Source of the DNA: Syntrophales bacterium
GTDB lineage: Bacteria > Desulfobacterota > Syntrophia > Syntrophales > UBA2210
DNA: 64,000 nucleotides
Direction: 5' to 3'
NCBI GenBank assembly: GCA_963662405.2
Contig: CAXXKT010000001.1
Location: 960,001 to 1,024,000 of the forward strand
Position 1 is the first letter of the stretch; each line of letters starts with the position of its first letter. The notes beneath the pieces were generated by a model that did not search any database, had not been told where the DNA came from, and worked only from the letters and a program-made list of their open reading frames with translations. Shown in pieces: positions 53,946 through 63,257 of the stretch. A program made the translations under genes and the position numbers.

Positions 53946-54521
53946 ATGGCTTACGATGCACCGAGTCGCTATTTTGAGGAGGCAGGGGACTCCAATACGA
54001 GCGACGTCCTCGATGCGGTCGCGCAATGCGCCGAAAGGCGTGGTATCCGAACGGTCCTGGTAGCTACCTGCAGCGGACGGACAGCGGTAGAGGCGGCTGA
54101 CCGGCTCGCTCACGATACACGGGTGATAGCCGTCACTCACTACACCGGTTTCGTCCGGCCCGATTATCAGGAGATGTCGGATGAGGTACGCCTGGCCCTG
54201 GAGGCCGCGGGGGTACGAGTACTGACCTGCCAGCACGCCTTTGGAGGTGTGGGGCGCGGCATACGGAGGGCCCTGGACACCTACCAGACCGAAGAAATCA
54301 TGGCCTACACCCTTCGGATGTTCGGGCAGGGGACGAAGGTGTCGGTTGAACTGGTGTTGATGGCCGCCGACGCGGGTCTGGTCAGAACGGACGAGGATGT
54401 GATATCCATCGGAGGGACCGCACGGGGGGCGGACACGGCCCTCGTGATTCGAGCCGCCAACTCATCCGACATTTTCAACCTGAAGGTCAGAGAAATCATT
54501 TGTAAACCATCATCATTTTAG
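53946..54521 (+). CDS. Pyruvate-kinase C-terminal-like alpha/beta domain protein (COG1751-like)
   Basis: YFEEAG..NT, VATCSGRTA, VTHYTGF, LRMFGQGTKV, MAADAG, GGTARGADTA and EIICKP. Confidence 0.82.
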   Translation: MAYDAPSRYFEEAGDSNTSDVLDAVAQCAERRGIRTVLVATCSGRTAVEAADRLAHDTRVIAVTHYTGFVRPDYQEMSDEVRLALEAAGVRVLTCQHAFGGVGRGIRRALDTYQTEEIMAYTLRMFGQGTKVSVELVLMAADAGLVRTDEDVISIGGTARGADTALVIRAANSSDIFNLKVREIICKPSSF

Positions 54522-54532
54522 AAAGATATCAT

Positions 54533-55735
54533 ATGCCATTGACACAAGATCATCTCGAGAGGTATGCGGACGCCCTGATATGGGGACTCATGAAGGCCCG
54601 GACCGGCCGGTTCAAGAGGGGGAACGTCATCCTGCTTCGCTATGATTCGGCAGGAACAAAGCTTCTCGAAGTCCTCTACGATAAGCTGCTTGACAGGGGG
54701 ATGCACGTGATTCCCCGTGCCGGTCTCAACGCGCGGATGGAACGCTCCTTCTTCGACAGGGCGAACGGGCGGCAGGTTGTCTTTCTCCCCCCCGGTGAGC
54801 GGGAGCTCCTCGAGACGATCAATGGGAGCATCTATCTCCATGCCCCCGAATCCCTGACCCATCTGAGGGACGCGGATCCCAAAAAGATTGCGAAGGCAGC
54901 GGTAGCGAGAAAGGCCCTGCGCGAGATCCTGGATCGAAGAGAGGAGGCGGGTGAATTCGGCTGGACCCTGTGCACCGTTCCGACGGACGAACTGGCGCAA
55001 AACGCGCACCTGACCATCGAAGAGTATACGGATCAGGTTATCAAGGCCTGTTTCCTGGACAGCGATAACCCCGCCGCCCGGTGGGAAGAGGTGTACCGGC
55101 AGGCGGGAGCGATCAAGAGGTGGCTGAACGGCATGGCCGTTTCGTATTACCACGTGGAATCGGATTCCGTGGATCTACGGATCAGACCGGGGAAACAGAG
55201 GCGGTGGATCGGCATTTCAGGTCATAACATCCCGAGTTTCGAGCTGTTCCTCTCCCCCGACTGGCGGGGAACCGAAGGATGTTATTATGCCAACCAGCCC
55301 TCTTTCAGGAGCGGCAACTACGTGGAAGGGGTCAAACTCGCCTTCGAGAAGGGACGTGTAGTGAAGGTCGAGGCCGAATCGGGCGAAGCCTTTGCCGTGC
55401 GGCAATCATCCATGGACCGGGGTGCCTCACGGGTCGGGGAATTTTCCCTGACCGACAAACGCTTTTCACGTATCGATCGGTTCATGGCGGACACGCTCTT
55501 TGACGAGAATTACGGGGGACAGTGGGGAAACTGCCACATCGCCCTCGGGGCGTCGTATTCGGATACGTATGATGGGAACCCGGCCGAACTGACCAAGGAG
55601 ATGAAACAAACTCTCGGATTCAACGATTCTGCACTCCACTGGGACCTGGTCAACACCGAACGAAAGCGGGTACGGGCCCGCCTGTCAAACGGGAAGATTA
55701 TCACCATTTATGAGGACGGTGTCTTTTGCCGTTAG
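54533..55735 (+). CDS. Aminopeptidase (M29, thermophilic metalloprotease family)
   Basis: NIPSFELF, RVGEFSL, TLFDEN, CHIALGASY and FNDSALHWDLV. Confidence 0.88.
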   Translation: MPLTQDHLERYADALIWGLMKARTGRFKRGNVILLRYDSAGTKLLEVLYDKLLDRGMHVIPRAGLNARMERSFFDRANGRQVVFLPPGERELLETINGSIYLHAPESLTHLRDADPKKIAKAAVARKALREILDRREEAGEFGWTLCTVPTDELAQNAHLTIEEYTDQVIKACFLDSDNPAARWEEVYRQAGAIKRWLNGMAVSYYHVESDSVDLRIRPGKQRRWIGISGHNIPSFELFLSPDWRGTEGCYYANQPSFRSGNYVEGVKLAFEKGRVVKVEAESGEAFAVRQSSMDRGASRVGEFSLTDKRFSRIDRFMADTLFDENYGGQWGNCHIALGASYSDTYDGNPAELTKEMKQTLGFNDSALHWDLVNTERKRVRARLSNGKIITIYEDGVFCR

Positions 55736-55744
55736 GGTGACCAG

Positions 55745-56764
55745 ATGGCGCAACCAACCGAGATCACAGGCAAAACAAGCCTGAGAGGTGATGCCAATCC
55801 CCATGAAGAGGAACAGATCCTCCGAGAAGTCTTCGAGAGTTCACCGATCCCGACCTTTGTGATCGACAAAAACCACAAGGTTATTTACTGGAACAGGGCG
55901 CTGGAGGCGATGAGCGGTATCACCGCCCAGGAGACCATCGGCACAGGGGATCACTGGAAGGCCTTCTACCTTGAACCTCGTCCCACCATCGCCGACCTGA
56001 TCGTGGATGGATTTCACCATGAAATTCCGCGCTGGTATGCCGGGAAGTACAATCGGTCAAAGCTGATAGAAGACGCCTACGAAGTGACCGACTTTTTTAC
56101 AGTCCTCGAGGGGAGCGGCCGGTGGCTTCGCTTTACCGCATCCCTCTTGAAGGATGACCATGGTGAGGTACTCGGGGCGATGGAGACCCTTGAGGACATC
56201 ACGGACCGCAAGCTTGCCGAAGATGCACTGAGGGAGAGCGAGGCACGGTACCGGACCTTGAGCGTGACCGATTCCCTGACGGAGCTGTACAACTCGCGTC
56301 ACTTTTATGAGCAGCTGCAGCTGGAGATTGAACGGGCCGAGCGGTACGGCCACCCCCTTTCCCTCCTCCTCCTGGATATCGATAATTTCAAGCGATTTAA
56401 CGATACGTACGGGCACCTTGAAGGCGACAAGGTCCTGATCCGGCTGGGGGATGTGATCCGCCAATGTCTAAGAAAAACGGATTCCGCATACCGGTTCGGG
56501 GGAGAAGAGTTTACCCTTATCCTGCCGGAAACGGCCGGTGCAGCGGCGATTGTTCTTGCCGAACGGGTACGGGAAGAATTTGCGGATGAGACGTTTCATC
56601 CCGTTGATAGCCCGGAGACCGTACATCAAACGGTCAGCATCGGCGTGGCCCAGTATCTGCCTCACGAGGGGTTGCGCCCCTTTGTCAAACGGGCGGATTT
56701 CAACATGTACACTGCCAAGAAAAAGGGAAAAGACAGGGTCTATTACCAGCCGGTAACCTCTTGA
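55745..56764 (+). CDS. PAS-domain diguanylate cyclase
   Basis: PAS domain, DSLTELYN, DIDNFKRFNDTYGHLEGD, I-site RKTD five residues before GGEEF. Confidence 0.94.
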   Translation: MAQPTEITGKTSLRGDANPHEEEQILREVFESSPIPTFVIDKNHKVIYWNRALEAMSGITAQETIGTGDHWKAFYLEPRPTIADLIVDGFHHEIPRWYAGKYNRSKLIEDAYEVTDFFTVLEGSGRWLRFTASLLKDDHGEVLGAMETLEDITDRKLAEDALRESEARYRTLSVTDSLTELYNSRHFYEQLQLEIERAERYGHPLSLLLLDIDNFKRFNDTYGHLEGDKVLIRLGDVIRQCLRKTDSAYRFGGEEFTLILPETAGAAAIVLAERVREEFADETFHPVDSPETVHQTVSIGVAQYLPHEGLRPFVKRADFNMYTAKKKGKDRVYYQPVTS

Positions 56765-56793
56765 TTGCTCCCAGCCCCCGGCGATTATAATAC

Positions 56794-56822
56794 TTGACAA
56801 GACAGTCTGCAGGCAGTATCGA
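56794..56822 (+). promoter_or_regulatory. Sigma70-like promoter
   Basis: TTGACA-N17-TATCGA upstream of the DUF401 gene. Confidence 0.4.
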
Positions 56823-56858
56823 TCTGCTCTTCGGCGTCGAGCCGATGAAGGAGTGTAT

Positions 56859-58157
56859 ATGTCAGTTATCATGAACATCCCGGCCATCATCCGGATCCTC
56901 GTGGTCTTTGTCTGTATCCTGGTAGTCATCAAGAAAAAAATCTCGCTGGGGAATGCCTTTCTCTTCGGGGCGATCCTGATCGGTCTGCTCTTCGGGTTGA
57001 GGCCGAATGCAATGATCTCTTCCGCCGTCGCCTCGATCCTGATGCCGAAGACCCTTGCCCTTGCCGTGGTTGTCACCCTTATTCTCGTTCTCAGCAGCAG
57101 CATGGAAGAGGGAGGCAACATGGAGCGCCTCGTCGGCAATTTCCGTGGGCTCGTGACAAATCCGCGATTGAATCTCGCCATGTTCCCGGCACTCATCGGT
57201 CTTCTCCCCATGCCCGGGGGGGCGATATTCTCCGCACCCATGGTGAAGGAGCTGGGGAATCGAAGCGGTTTGAGGCCCGATCAGCTCAGCTTTATCAACT
57301 ACTGGTACCGCCATATATGGGAATACTGGTGGCCTCTTTATCCCGGGGTTCTTCTCGCGGTGACACTGGCGGAGATAGATCTCTGGGTCGTTGTGATGAT
57401 TATGTGGCCCCTCACCGTAATCGCCGTCTCCCTTGGTTCCCTGTCGATAAAAGGGACTGACCTGGAAAACGCGGGGAAGACAGGAGACAGAGCACACCCT
57501 GCCGGGCCGTTTTTAAGGGAACTGTTCCCCATACTCATGGTGATCTGTGGGGGGCTCGGTCTGGGGATGATCCTTACGGCCATATTCCCCGGTCTTGACA
57601 CAACGAAAGAGATCGGGTTGATTGGCGCCCTCATCGCGGCCATTATCTTTGTCTGGTTCCGGAGCAGTATGACGGGCACTTCCATCCGGAAGATCCTGTT
57701 CTCGCCGCACATTCTGAAGATGTTTTATATGGTCACTGCTATCCTGATCTTCAAGGGGATGCTCGAGGACAGCCACGCCGTGTCGGCCATCAGCGCAGAG
57801 TTTACAGCGCTTTCGGTCCCCTTGGTCCTGATCGTGGTCGTTCTCCCCTTTATCGTGGGGGGGATCACCGGGATCACCATCGCTTTCGTGGGAAGTACCT
57901 TCCCCATTATCATCCCGCTCATTCAGACCCTGGGGGAAGGGACCTTCATGCCCGCCTACGTGGCTCTCGCTCTTGTGAGCGGTTTTCTGGGAGTGCTCCT
58001 TTCGCCGCTCCACCTCTGCCTCCTCCTTTCCAACCAGTATTTTGGCGCCGCCTTCGGTCGCGTATACCGGCATCTCCTCCTCCCCTGCGGGGTTCTCTTG
58101 GTGACCGGTCTCGCTTACTTTTTCTTTGTGCACTGGGTGATGACCTGGCTCCGGTGA
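56859..58157 (+). CDS. DUF401-family membrane protein (ion-transporter superfamily-like)
   Basis: Polytopic; PALIGLLPMPGGAIFSAP, INYWYRHIWEYWWPLYPG and LSPLHLCL. Confidence 0.82.
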   Translation: MSVIMNIPAIIRILVVFVCILVVIKKKISLGNAFLFGAILIGLLFGLRPNAMISSAVASILMPKTLALAVVVTLILVLSSSMEEGGNMERLVGNFRGLVTNPRLNLAMFPALIGLLPMPGGAIFSAPMVKELGNRSGLRPDQLSFINYWYRHIWEYWWPLYPGVLLAVTLAEIDLWVVVMIMWPLTVIAVSLGSLSIKGTDLENAGKTGDRAHPAGPFLRELFPILMVICGGLGLGMILTAIFPGLDTTKEIGLIGALIAAIIFVWFRSSMTGTSIRKILFSPHILKMFYMVTAILIFKGMLEDSHAVSAISAEFTALSVPLVLIVVVLPFIVGGITGITIAFVGSTFPIIIPLIQTLGEGTFMPAYVALALVSGFLGVLLSPLHLCLLLSNQYFGAAFGRVYRHLLLPCGVLLVTGLAYFFFVHWVMTWLR

Positions 58158-58337
58158 GAGAAATGAGAGGACCTCACAACGACGGGGGATTCCCCTCGCG
58201 CCGTCGACTGAATCGCCTCCGGGGCCACCGGATCAGTGTCCGCCTGTACTCGACGAACCGGACACCCGGCGGACCTCTCCTCCCCTCTTCCATAGGCCTT
58301 TTCTATGGGTGGCGGACTGGTTATAGCTTATTTGCAT

Positions 58338-58366
58338 TTGACTAATTCATCGTTTTTACGTAGACC
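58338..58366 (+). promoter_or_regulatory. Sigma70-like promoter of the desulfurase-yedF-DUF3343 cluster
   Basis: TTGACT-N17-TAGACC. Confidence 0.4.
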
Positions 58367-58428
58367 TACAACAATAATGGATGAGGGACACACAGGAGAG
58401 GAAAAGGGTGCAAAGCCGGTCACATCGC

Positions 58429-59601
58429 ATGAACGGGATCATATACATGGATAACGCAGCTACGTCTTGGCCGAAGCCGAAGGAGACCCTTGCGGCGATG
58501 GCGGAGTTTGCGCAGAACGTCGGGGCGAACCCGGGGCGCTCAGGGCACCGCCTTTCCGTCGATGCCGGGCGCGAGGTCTTGAATACACGAGAGGCCGTTG
58601 CGCAGCTTTTTGGGATTCCCAATCCCCTTCGGGTAATCTTCACCAAAAACGCGACGGAAGGACTCAATATTGCCATCCGCGGCCTCCTGAAGCCAGGAGA
58701 CCATGTCATCGCCTCGGGGATGGAACACAACTCGGTCATGCGGCCCCTCCGGGACATGGAGAAACAAGGGGTTGCCCTGTCGGTTGTTCCCTGTTCCCCC
58801 GCCGGGGAATTGGACCCTGATGATGTCAAGCGGCACATACAAAAAAACACGCGGGCGATCTGTCTCACCCACGCCTCCAATGTCACCGGGACCCTGATGC
58901 CGATCTCCGAGATCGGACGGATCGCCCGGGAGCGGGGGATTATATTTTGCGTCGATGCGGCACAGACCGCCGGTGTCGTCCCGATCGACGTGAAGGTTAT
59001 GTCCATAGACCTCCTGGCATTCACCGGTCACAAATCCCTCTTCGGGCCCCAAGGGACGGGTGGTCTGTATCTGGTTGAGGGGTTGGAGAAAGATATCGAA
59101 CCGATCATGACGGGTGGCACCGGCAGCAGATCCGAATCGGAAGAGCAACCGGTCTTTCTCCCCGACCGGTACGAGTCGGGCACCCCCAACTCGATCGGTC
59201 TTGCCGGTCTCGGTGCCGGTATCCGCTTTATCCGGTCTGTCGGGATCGAGGCGATACGGGACAAAGAACGCGCATTGACGGCGATGCTGCTCGAAGGCTT
59301 CCATGCCATGCCGGAAGTCACCCTGTACGGGTGCGGCGACGCCGCACGGCAGACGGCGGTGGTCTCCTTCACGATTCCGGGGATGAGCACCGCCGAGGTT
59401 GCCATGATCCTTGATGAAGAATTTTGTATCATGTCCCGACCGGGGCTTCAGTGCGCGCCGGCCGCCCACCGGACGATCGGGACTTTTCCCATGGGGACGG
59501 TGCGGCTCAGCCTGGGATATTTTCTTGATGAAGACAACATCCGAACCGCCCTTGCGGCTGTTGACCGGATTATTTCTACGAAGAAAGGAGTTGCCTCATG
59601 A
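58429..59601 (+). CDS. Cysteine desulfurase / selenocysteine lyase family (class V PLP enzyme)
   Basis: IYMDNAATSWPKP, ANPGRSGH, EHNSV, HASNVTG, VDAAQTAG, FTGHKSLFGPQG and active-site loop RPGLQCAP. Confidence 0.92.
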   Translation: MNGIIYMDNAATSWPKPKETLAAMAEFAQNVGANPGRSGHRLSVDAGREVLNTREAVAQLFGIPNPLRVIFTKNATEGLNIAIRGLLKPGDHVIASGMEHNSVMRPLRDMEKQGVALSVVPCSPAGELDPDDVKRHIQKNTRAICLTHASNVTGTLMPISEIGRIARERGIIFCVDAAQTAGVVPIDVKVMSIDLLAFTGHKSLFGPQGTGGLYLVEGLEKDIEPIMTGGTGSRSESEEQPVFLPDRYESGTPNSIGLAGLGAGIRFIRSVGIEAIRDKERALTAMLLEGFHAMPEVTLYGCGDAARQTAVVSFTIPGMSTAEVAMILDEEFCIMSRPGLQCAPAAHRTIGTFPMGTVRLSLGYFLDEDNIRTALAAVDRIISTKKGVAS

Positions 59602-60179
59602 TGCAGGAAATAGATGCGCGGGGGTTTGCCTGTCCCCAACCCGTCATCATGACCAAGAAGGCGATCGAGGAAGGGGACGATTGTGTCGTTATCGTCGATA
59701 ACGAAGCGGCCCGGGACAATGTGTGCCGGATGGCGAAGAGCCGGGGGTGTGAAACGAGAGTGGAGGAACGGAACGGTGCTTTCCGTATCCACGTGACCCG
59801 AGAGGAAGACCGGAAACCGGGAGAAAAACCTCTTCCCACCGTAGGTCCCACGGTGGTAGTCTTTCCCTGTGACTGTATGGGGAAGGGAGACGATGAACTG
59901 GGGGCGGTCTTGGTACGGGCATTCATACACACGCTGGGTGAGATCTCCCCGAGGCCCGACGGATTGATCTTCTTCAACGCGGGGGTCAAACTGACAGCGG
60001 ACGGCTCAGCGGTCATCGAAGACCTCCGCGCCCTGGAGGAGACGGGAATTCGTATCTTGGTCTGCGGGACCTGTCTCGACTTCTTCGGCCTCAAGGATAA
60101 ACTCCGGGCCGGCATGATATCCAATATGTACGATATCGCCGAGACGATGTTGTCCGCGGGGAGGATCGTCAGGATATGA
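59598..60179 (+). CDS. yedF: Selenium-metabolism sulfurtransferase-like protein YedF (TusA + DsrE domains)
   Basis: TusA motif IDARGFACPQPVI; DsrE-like part MGKGDDELG..FFNAGVKL..CGTCLDFF..SNMYDI. Confidence 0.85.
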   Translation: MMQEIDARGFACPQPVIMTKKAIEEGDDCVVIVDNEAARDNVCRMAKSRGCETRVEERNGAFRIHVTREEDRKPGEKPLPTVGPTVVVFPCDCMGKGDDELGAVLVRAFIHTLGEISPRPDGLIFFNAGVKLTADGSAVIEDLRALEETGIRILVCGTCLDFFGLKDKLRAGMISNMYDIAETMLSAGRIVRI

Positions 60180-60406
60180 CGGATACGCAGTCCTTCTGGG
60201 TGATTCTCTTCGATTCGACAAGCGAGGCCCTCCTCGCCGAAAAACTGTTGAAAGCAACACCTGTTCCCCACAAGGTGATCCCGGTTCCCCGCAAAATCAG
60301 TTCTGATTGCGGTGTCTGTATCCGATTTTCAGCCCCGGATATCGAGCGGGTCGGCGCGATCCTCGACGGGGCCGTCCCCTTTCGCGCGATCACCCCCCTT
60401 GAATAA
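60176..60406 (+). CDS. DUF3343 small putative Se/S carrier protein
   Basis: F-x-STSEALLAEK..IPVPRKISSDCGVCIRF; ATGA-coupled to yedF. Confidence 0.82.
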   Translation: MTDTQSFWVILFDSTSEALLAEKLLKATPVPHKVIPVPRKISSDCGVCIRFSAPDIERVGAILDGAVPFRAITPLE

Positions 60407-60413
60407 TTCCTGG

Positions 60414-60460
60414 TTGACAAGGCAAAAACGGTGCTTATTATATAATCGTATATTGACGAT
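60414..60460 (+). promoter_or_regulatory. Promoter and putative ArsR operator
   Basis: TTGACA (60414-60419) and TATTATATAAT, followed by the inverted repeat ATCGT-N6-ACGAT (60445-60460). Confidence 0.55.
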
Positions 60461-60567
60461 AGGCGATATCTGTGATAGTCCCCTCCGACGATATGAGGCA
60501 ATCAAGGCCTGGCAGGGAATTTTTTACCATATGAGAACTCTAAAATGGATAGGGGAATAAGCGATCG

Positions 60568-60933
60568 ATGGCACAAGGTGGATGTATCGGTGGAGCGCGT
60601 TTTGTAGATCTTGAAGAAATTGAAGGAATAGACCGAAAGACGTGCACGGAAATACTGGCTCGTCTCTCAAAGGGGCTGGCCCACCCCGCGCGGATCGAAA
60701 TTATCCGGATGCTGTACCATAAACCTCCGGAGAAAAAGTATATCTGCTCGGATATTGTCGCTGTACTTCCCCTGGCTCAGGCCAGTGTGTCCCAGCACCT
60801 GAAAATACTGAAGGAGACCGGCTGGGTGTACGGAGAAGTTGACGGCCCGCGCGTCGTATGTAATCTTGTGGGGAATATTGTTGAATATTACAAAGTAGTT
60901 GTGAGGAAGGCTGTTCAGGAGAATACCATATAA
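60568..60933 (+). CDS. ArsR/SmtB family transcriptional regulator
   Basis: KGLAHPARIEII, ICSDIV..LAQASVSQHLKILKETG..GEVDGPR. Confidence 0.9.
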   Translation: MAQGGCIGGARFVDLEEIEGIDRKTCTEILARLSKGLAHPARIEIIRMLYHKPPEKKYICSDIVAVLPLAQASVSQHLKILKETGWVYGEVDGPRVVCNLVGNIVEYYKVVVRKAVQENTI

Positions 60934-60948
60934 AAGGAGAAAGAAAAT

Positions 60949-61269
60949 ATGTTTACAGTTTCGGAAAATGCACAAGAGATGATCAAAAAAGTCCTCGAAT
61001 CGCGGGACGAGAAACTCCCGATCCGCTTGTTTTACTCCGGAGGCGGGTGAGCCGGCCCATCGCTGGCGATGTCTCTGGATGAGACACGGGACGGAGATAA
61101 GACGTTTCAGGAAGACGGGATCACGTTCACTATAGATGAGCAGTTGTTCGAAGAGGCAAAACCGATCAATATCGATTATATCGATTCGGTCGGAGGAGCC
61201 GGCTTTTCCATCACTTCAAACCTGTCGGTTGGCGCCGCGTGCAGCACGTGTGGTGGAGGGTGTAGCTGA
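60949..61269 (+). CDS. IscA/HesB-like selenoprotein (Sec34)
   Basis: AGGAG RBS and ATG 60949 give MFTVSENAQE..PIRLFYSGGG-TGA-AGPSLAMSLDE..CSTCGGGCS. The TGA (61048-61050) is at the GGC Cys of A-type carriers, and a hairpin follows. Confidence 0.9.
61052..61078 (+). promoter_or_regulatory. SECIS-like hairpin
   Basis: CCGG-cc-CATCG-CTGG-CGATG-tct-CTGG directly after the in-frame TGA. Confidence 0.6.
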
Positions 61270-61481
61270 TATCGGCATGGCTGAAACCGACCAATTATGT
61301 CTCATGACGACCACCTGCTCCAACCGGGAAGAAATCGGCCTGGTGCCGACAGCCCGATGGCGGCGGGTGGTCGAGTGAGAGGGCTGTGCTCCGGAAATCA
61401 TCCATATCCTCTGCACACGTGCAGGGGAAAGGCCGTTCGGAAGGAACGGAGACCGTTTTTCCAGAGGGGGGGGTATACCGG

Positions 61482-62717
61482 ATGCACGTTGTCATATATA
61501 TACTGAAAGAAATAGTCTTTTTTTTCAATGAAATAGCGATCTATCTTCTCTTCGGGTTTATTGTCGCCGGTGTTCTCCATGTCCTGTTTCCCGAATCGAT
61601 CATCCGGCGCCATCTCGGTCATAATTCATTTCTCTCCGTCATGAAGTCGACCCTTTTCGGCATTCCGCTCCCGCTCTGCTCGTGCGGAGTGGTGCCCATG
61701 GCGGCTTCACTGAAGAACAGCGGGGCCTCGAAGGGAGCCACCGTCTCATTTCTCATTGCGACCCCGCAGGTTGGTGCCGACAGTTTTATGATCACCTATT
61801 CCCTGATGGGGTGGGTCTTTGCCCTGTTCCGTATTGTCGCTTCGTTGGTGACGGCCCTGGCAGCGGGTATCGTGGTCAATATCATCGGGAGAAAGGAACG
61901 CGATCAACCGGAAGGTCTGGTGTCATGCGTCAACGGGTCCGACAGCTTTGCCGGGCGCCTGAGGTCGATTGTCGGGTATGTGGAATACGACCTGCTCGGT
62001 TCCATTGCCAATGCGCTTCTCGGAGGCCTGATCATTGCCGGGACCATAACGGCCTTCATTCCTGCCGGTTTCTTTGAGCGGTATCTCGGGAACAATTTTC
62101 TCTCGATGGTCCTGATGCTTGTTGTGGGAATTCCACTGTATGTGTGCGCCGCAGCCTCGACGCCCATCGCCGCATCCCTGGTCATGAAAGGCATTTCACC
62201 GGGGGCGGCCCTTGTTTTTCTCCTCACCGGTCCCGCGACCAATGCCATCACGATCACAACCGTCCTGAAGGTGTTGGGCAAAAAATCCACGGTCGTGTAC
62301 CTCGCGGCCATCGCCATCGTTAGTCTGGCCCTGGGCTACCTTCTGAATATCCTGACGGATTATTTCGGTTTTCAGAATATCATGATGCTTCATGATCATG
62401 GAGTGCTCCCGCCGTGGCTGAAGATCGGCGGGTCGGTCATACTGGCCCTCATGATCGGGTGGTATTATCTGAAGGTAAAGGTCTTGGACAAATCACGAAA
62501 GGAAGAGGCAATGGACAGTCAAAAAATAAGCCTGCCAGTTCGGGGTATGACCTGTATGCATTGTGCGGGAACGGTGAAAAAGGCGGTAGAATCGGTAGCC
62601 GGAACATCAAATGTCACGGTTCTCTTGGATGAAAACAGGGTGTCATTTGCACTAGAGACTGCCGACGACATTGAAAAAGTGAAACAGGCAATTGAACGTG
62701 CCGGTTATGATGTCTGA
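61482..62717 (+). CDS. ArsP/SO_0444-family permease with a C-terminal heavy-metal-associated (HMA) domain
   Basis: GIPLPLCSCGVVP, SFLIATPQ, GIPLYVCAAASTP, FLLTGPATN and HMA motif GMTCMHC. Confidence 0.9.
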   Translation: MHVVIYILKEIVFFFNEIAIYLLFGFIVAGVLHVLFPESIIRRHLGHNSFLSVMKSTLFGIPLPLCSCGVVPMAASLKNSGASKGATVSFLIATPQVGADSFMITYSLMGWVFALFRIVASLVTALAAGIVVNIIGRKERDQPEGLVSCVNGSDSFAGRLRSIVGYVEYDLLGSIANALLGGLIIAGTITAFIPAGFFERYLGNNFLSMVLMLVVGIPLYVCAAASTPIAASLVMKGISPGAALVFLLTGPATNAITITTVLKVLGKKSTVVYLAAIAIVSLALGYLLNILTDYFGFQNIMMLHDHGVLPPWLKIGGSVILALMIGWYYLKVKVLDKSRKEEAMDSQKISLPVRGMTCMHCAGTVKKAVESVAGTSNVTVLLDENRVSFALETADDIEKVKQAIERAGYDV

Positions 62718-62736
62718 AGAATAAGCGATTGAACGT

Positions 62737-62757
62737 AAAAGCGTTTCGATTGCTTTT
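62737..62757. terminator. Possible bidirectional terminator between convergent genes
   Basis: AAAAGC-GTTTCGATT-GCTTTT; the stem is weak. Confidence 0.35.
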
Positions 62758-62798
62758 CCCTCCCGAACCCTGTCGGGCCGAGCCCATTTGTGGGGTTG

Positions 62799-62945
62799 TC
62801 ATATATAGGGGAGGAAAAAGAGGCTGATGATCGCGACCACAAGGATAATGACGCTGGCGAAGAATACCTCCAGATACGCGTCGCCCTGTGAAGAATATTC
62901 ATCCCAGTCGGTATCTTCAATATAGTGTTTGAATTTGAATAACAT
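62799..62945 (-). CDS. Small membrane protein, 48 aa (below the ORF-track cutoff)
   Basis: GGAG RBS 6 nt before the ATG. Sequence MLFKFKHYIEDTDWDEYSSQGDAYLEVFFASVIILVVAIISLFFLPYI: acidic N-terminus and one C-terminal TM helix. Confidence 0.65.
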   Translation of the reverse strand: MLFKFKHYIEDTDWDEYSSQGDAYLEVFFASVIILVVAIISLFFLPYI

Positions 62946-63257
62946 ATTTTTCTCCAATCACAAAAACTCATCCGAATACCTCCGGGCGCGTGGAATAAAA
63001 CGCTCCGGTACCCTTTGTATCGGTAGAACCGAGGACAAACTTCAATGAGTGTCCCATTCTTCACTGCTGCGGTTGAGCAATAACGGCGCCGGTCGGTTCC
63101 TGGTATGGTGGTGTATGGGGTTTCCGCGTTTTGGCATCGCCGCGATGAAGGAAGCGGCGCGTCAATATGTCGAGGTGCGTCACAATGACATGCCAACGCA
63201 GGCACTTCAAAAATCCGGTTGATATGCATCCTGGCTGACGGGTACAGACCCCCATGA

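Noticed and set aside
55145..55160. Second parS-like site around CCACGTGGAA
   Set aside because: About five mismatches to the 16-bp consensus, with a broken outer palindrome.
61267..61284. Second Sec at the HesB stop (GGCS-TGA-YRHG-TGA)
   Set aside because: Only a weak 5-bp hairpin starting 2-3 nt after the TGA, and the Cys-rich tail already looks like a natural end. Not excluded, but unsupported.
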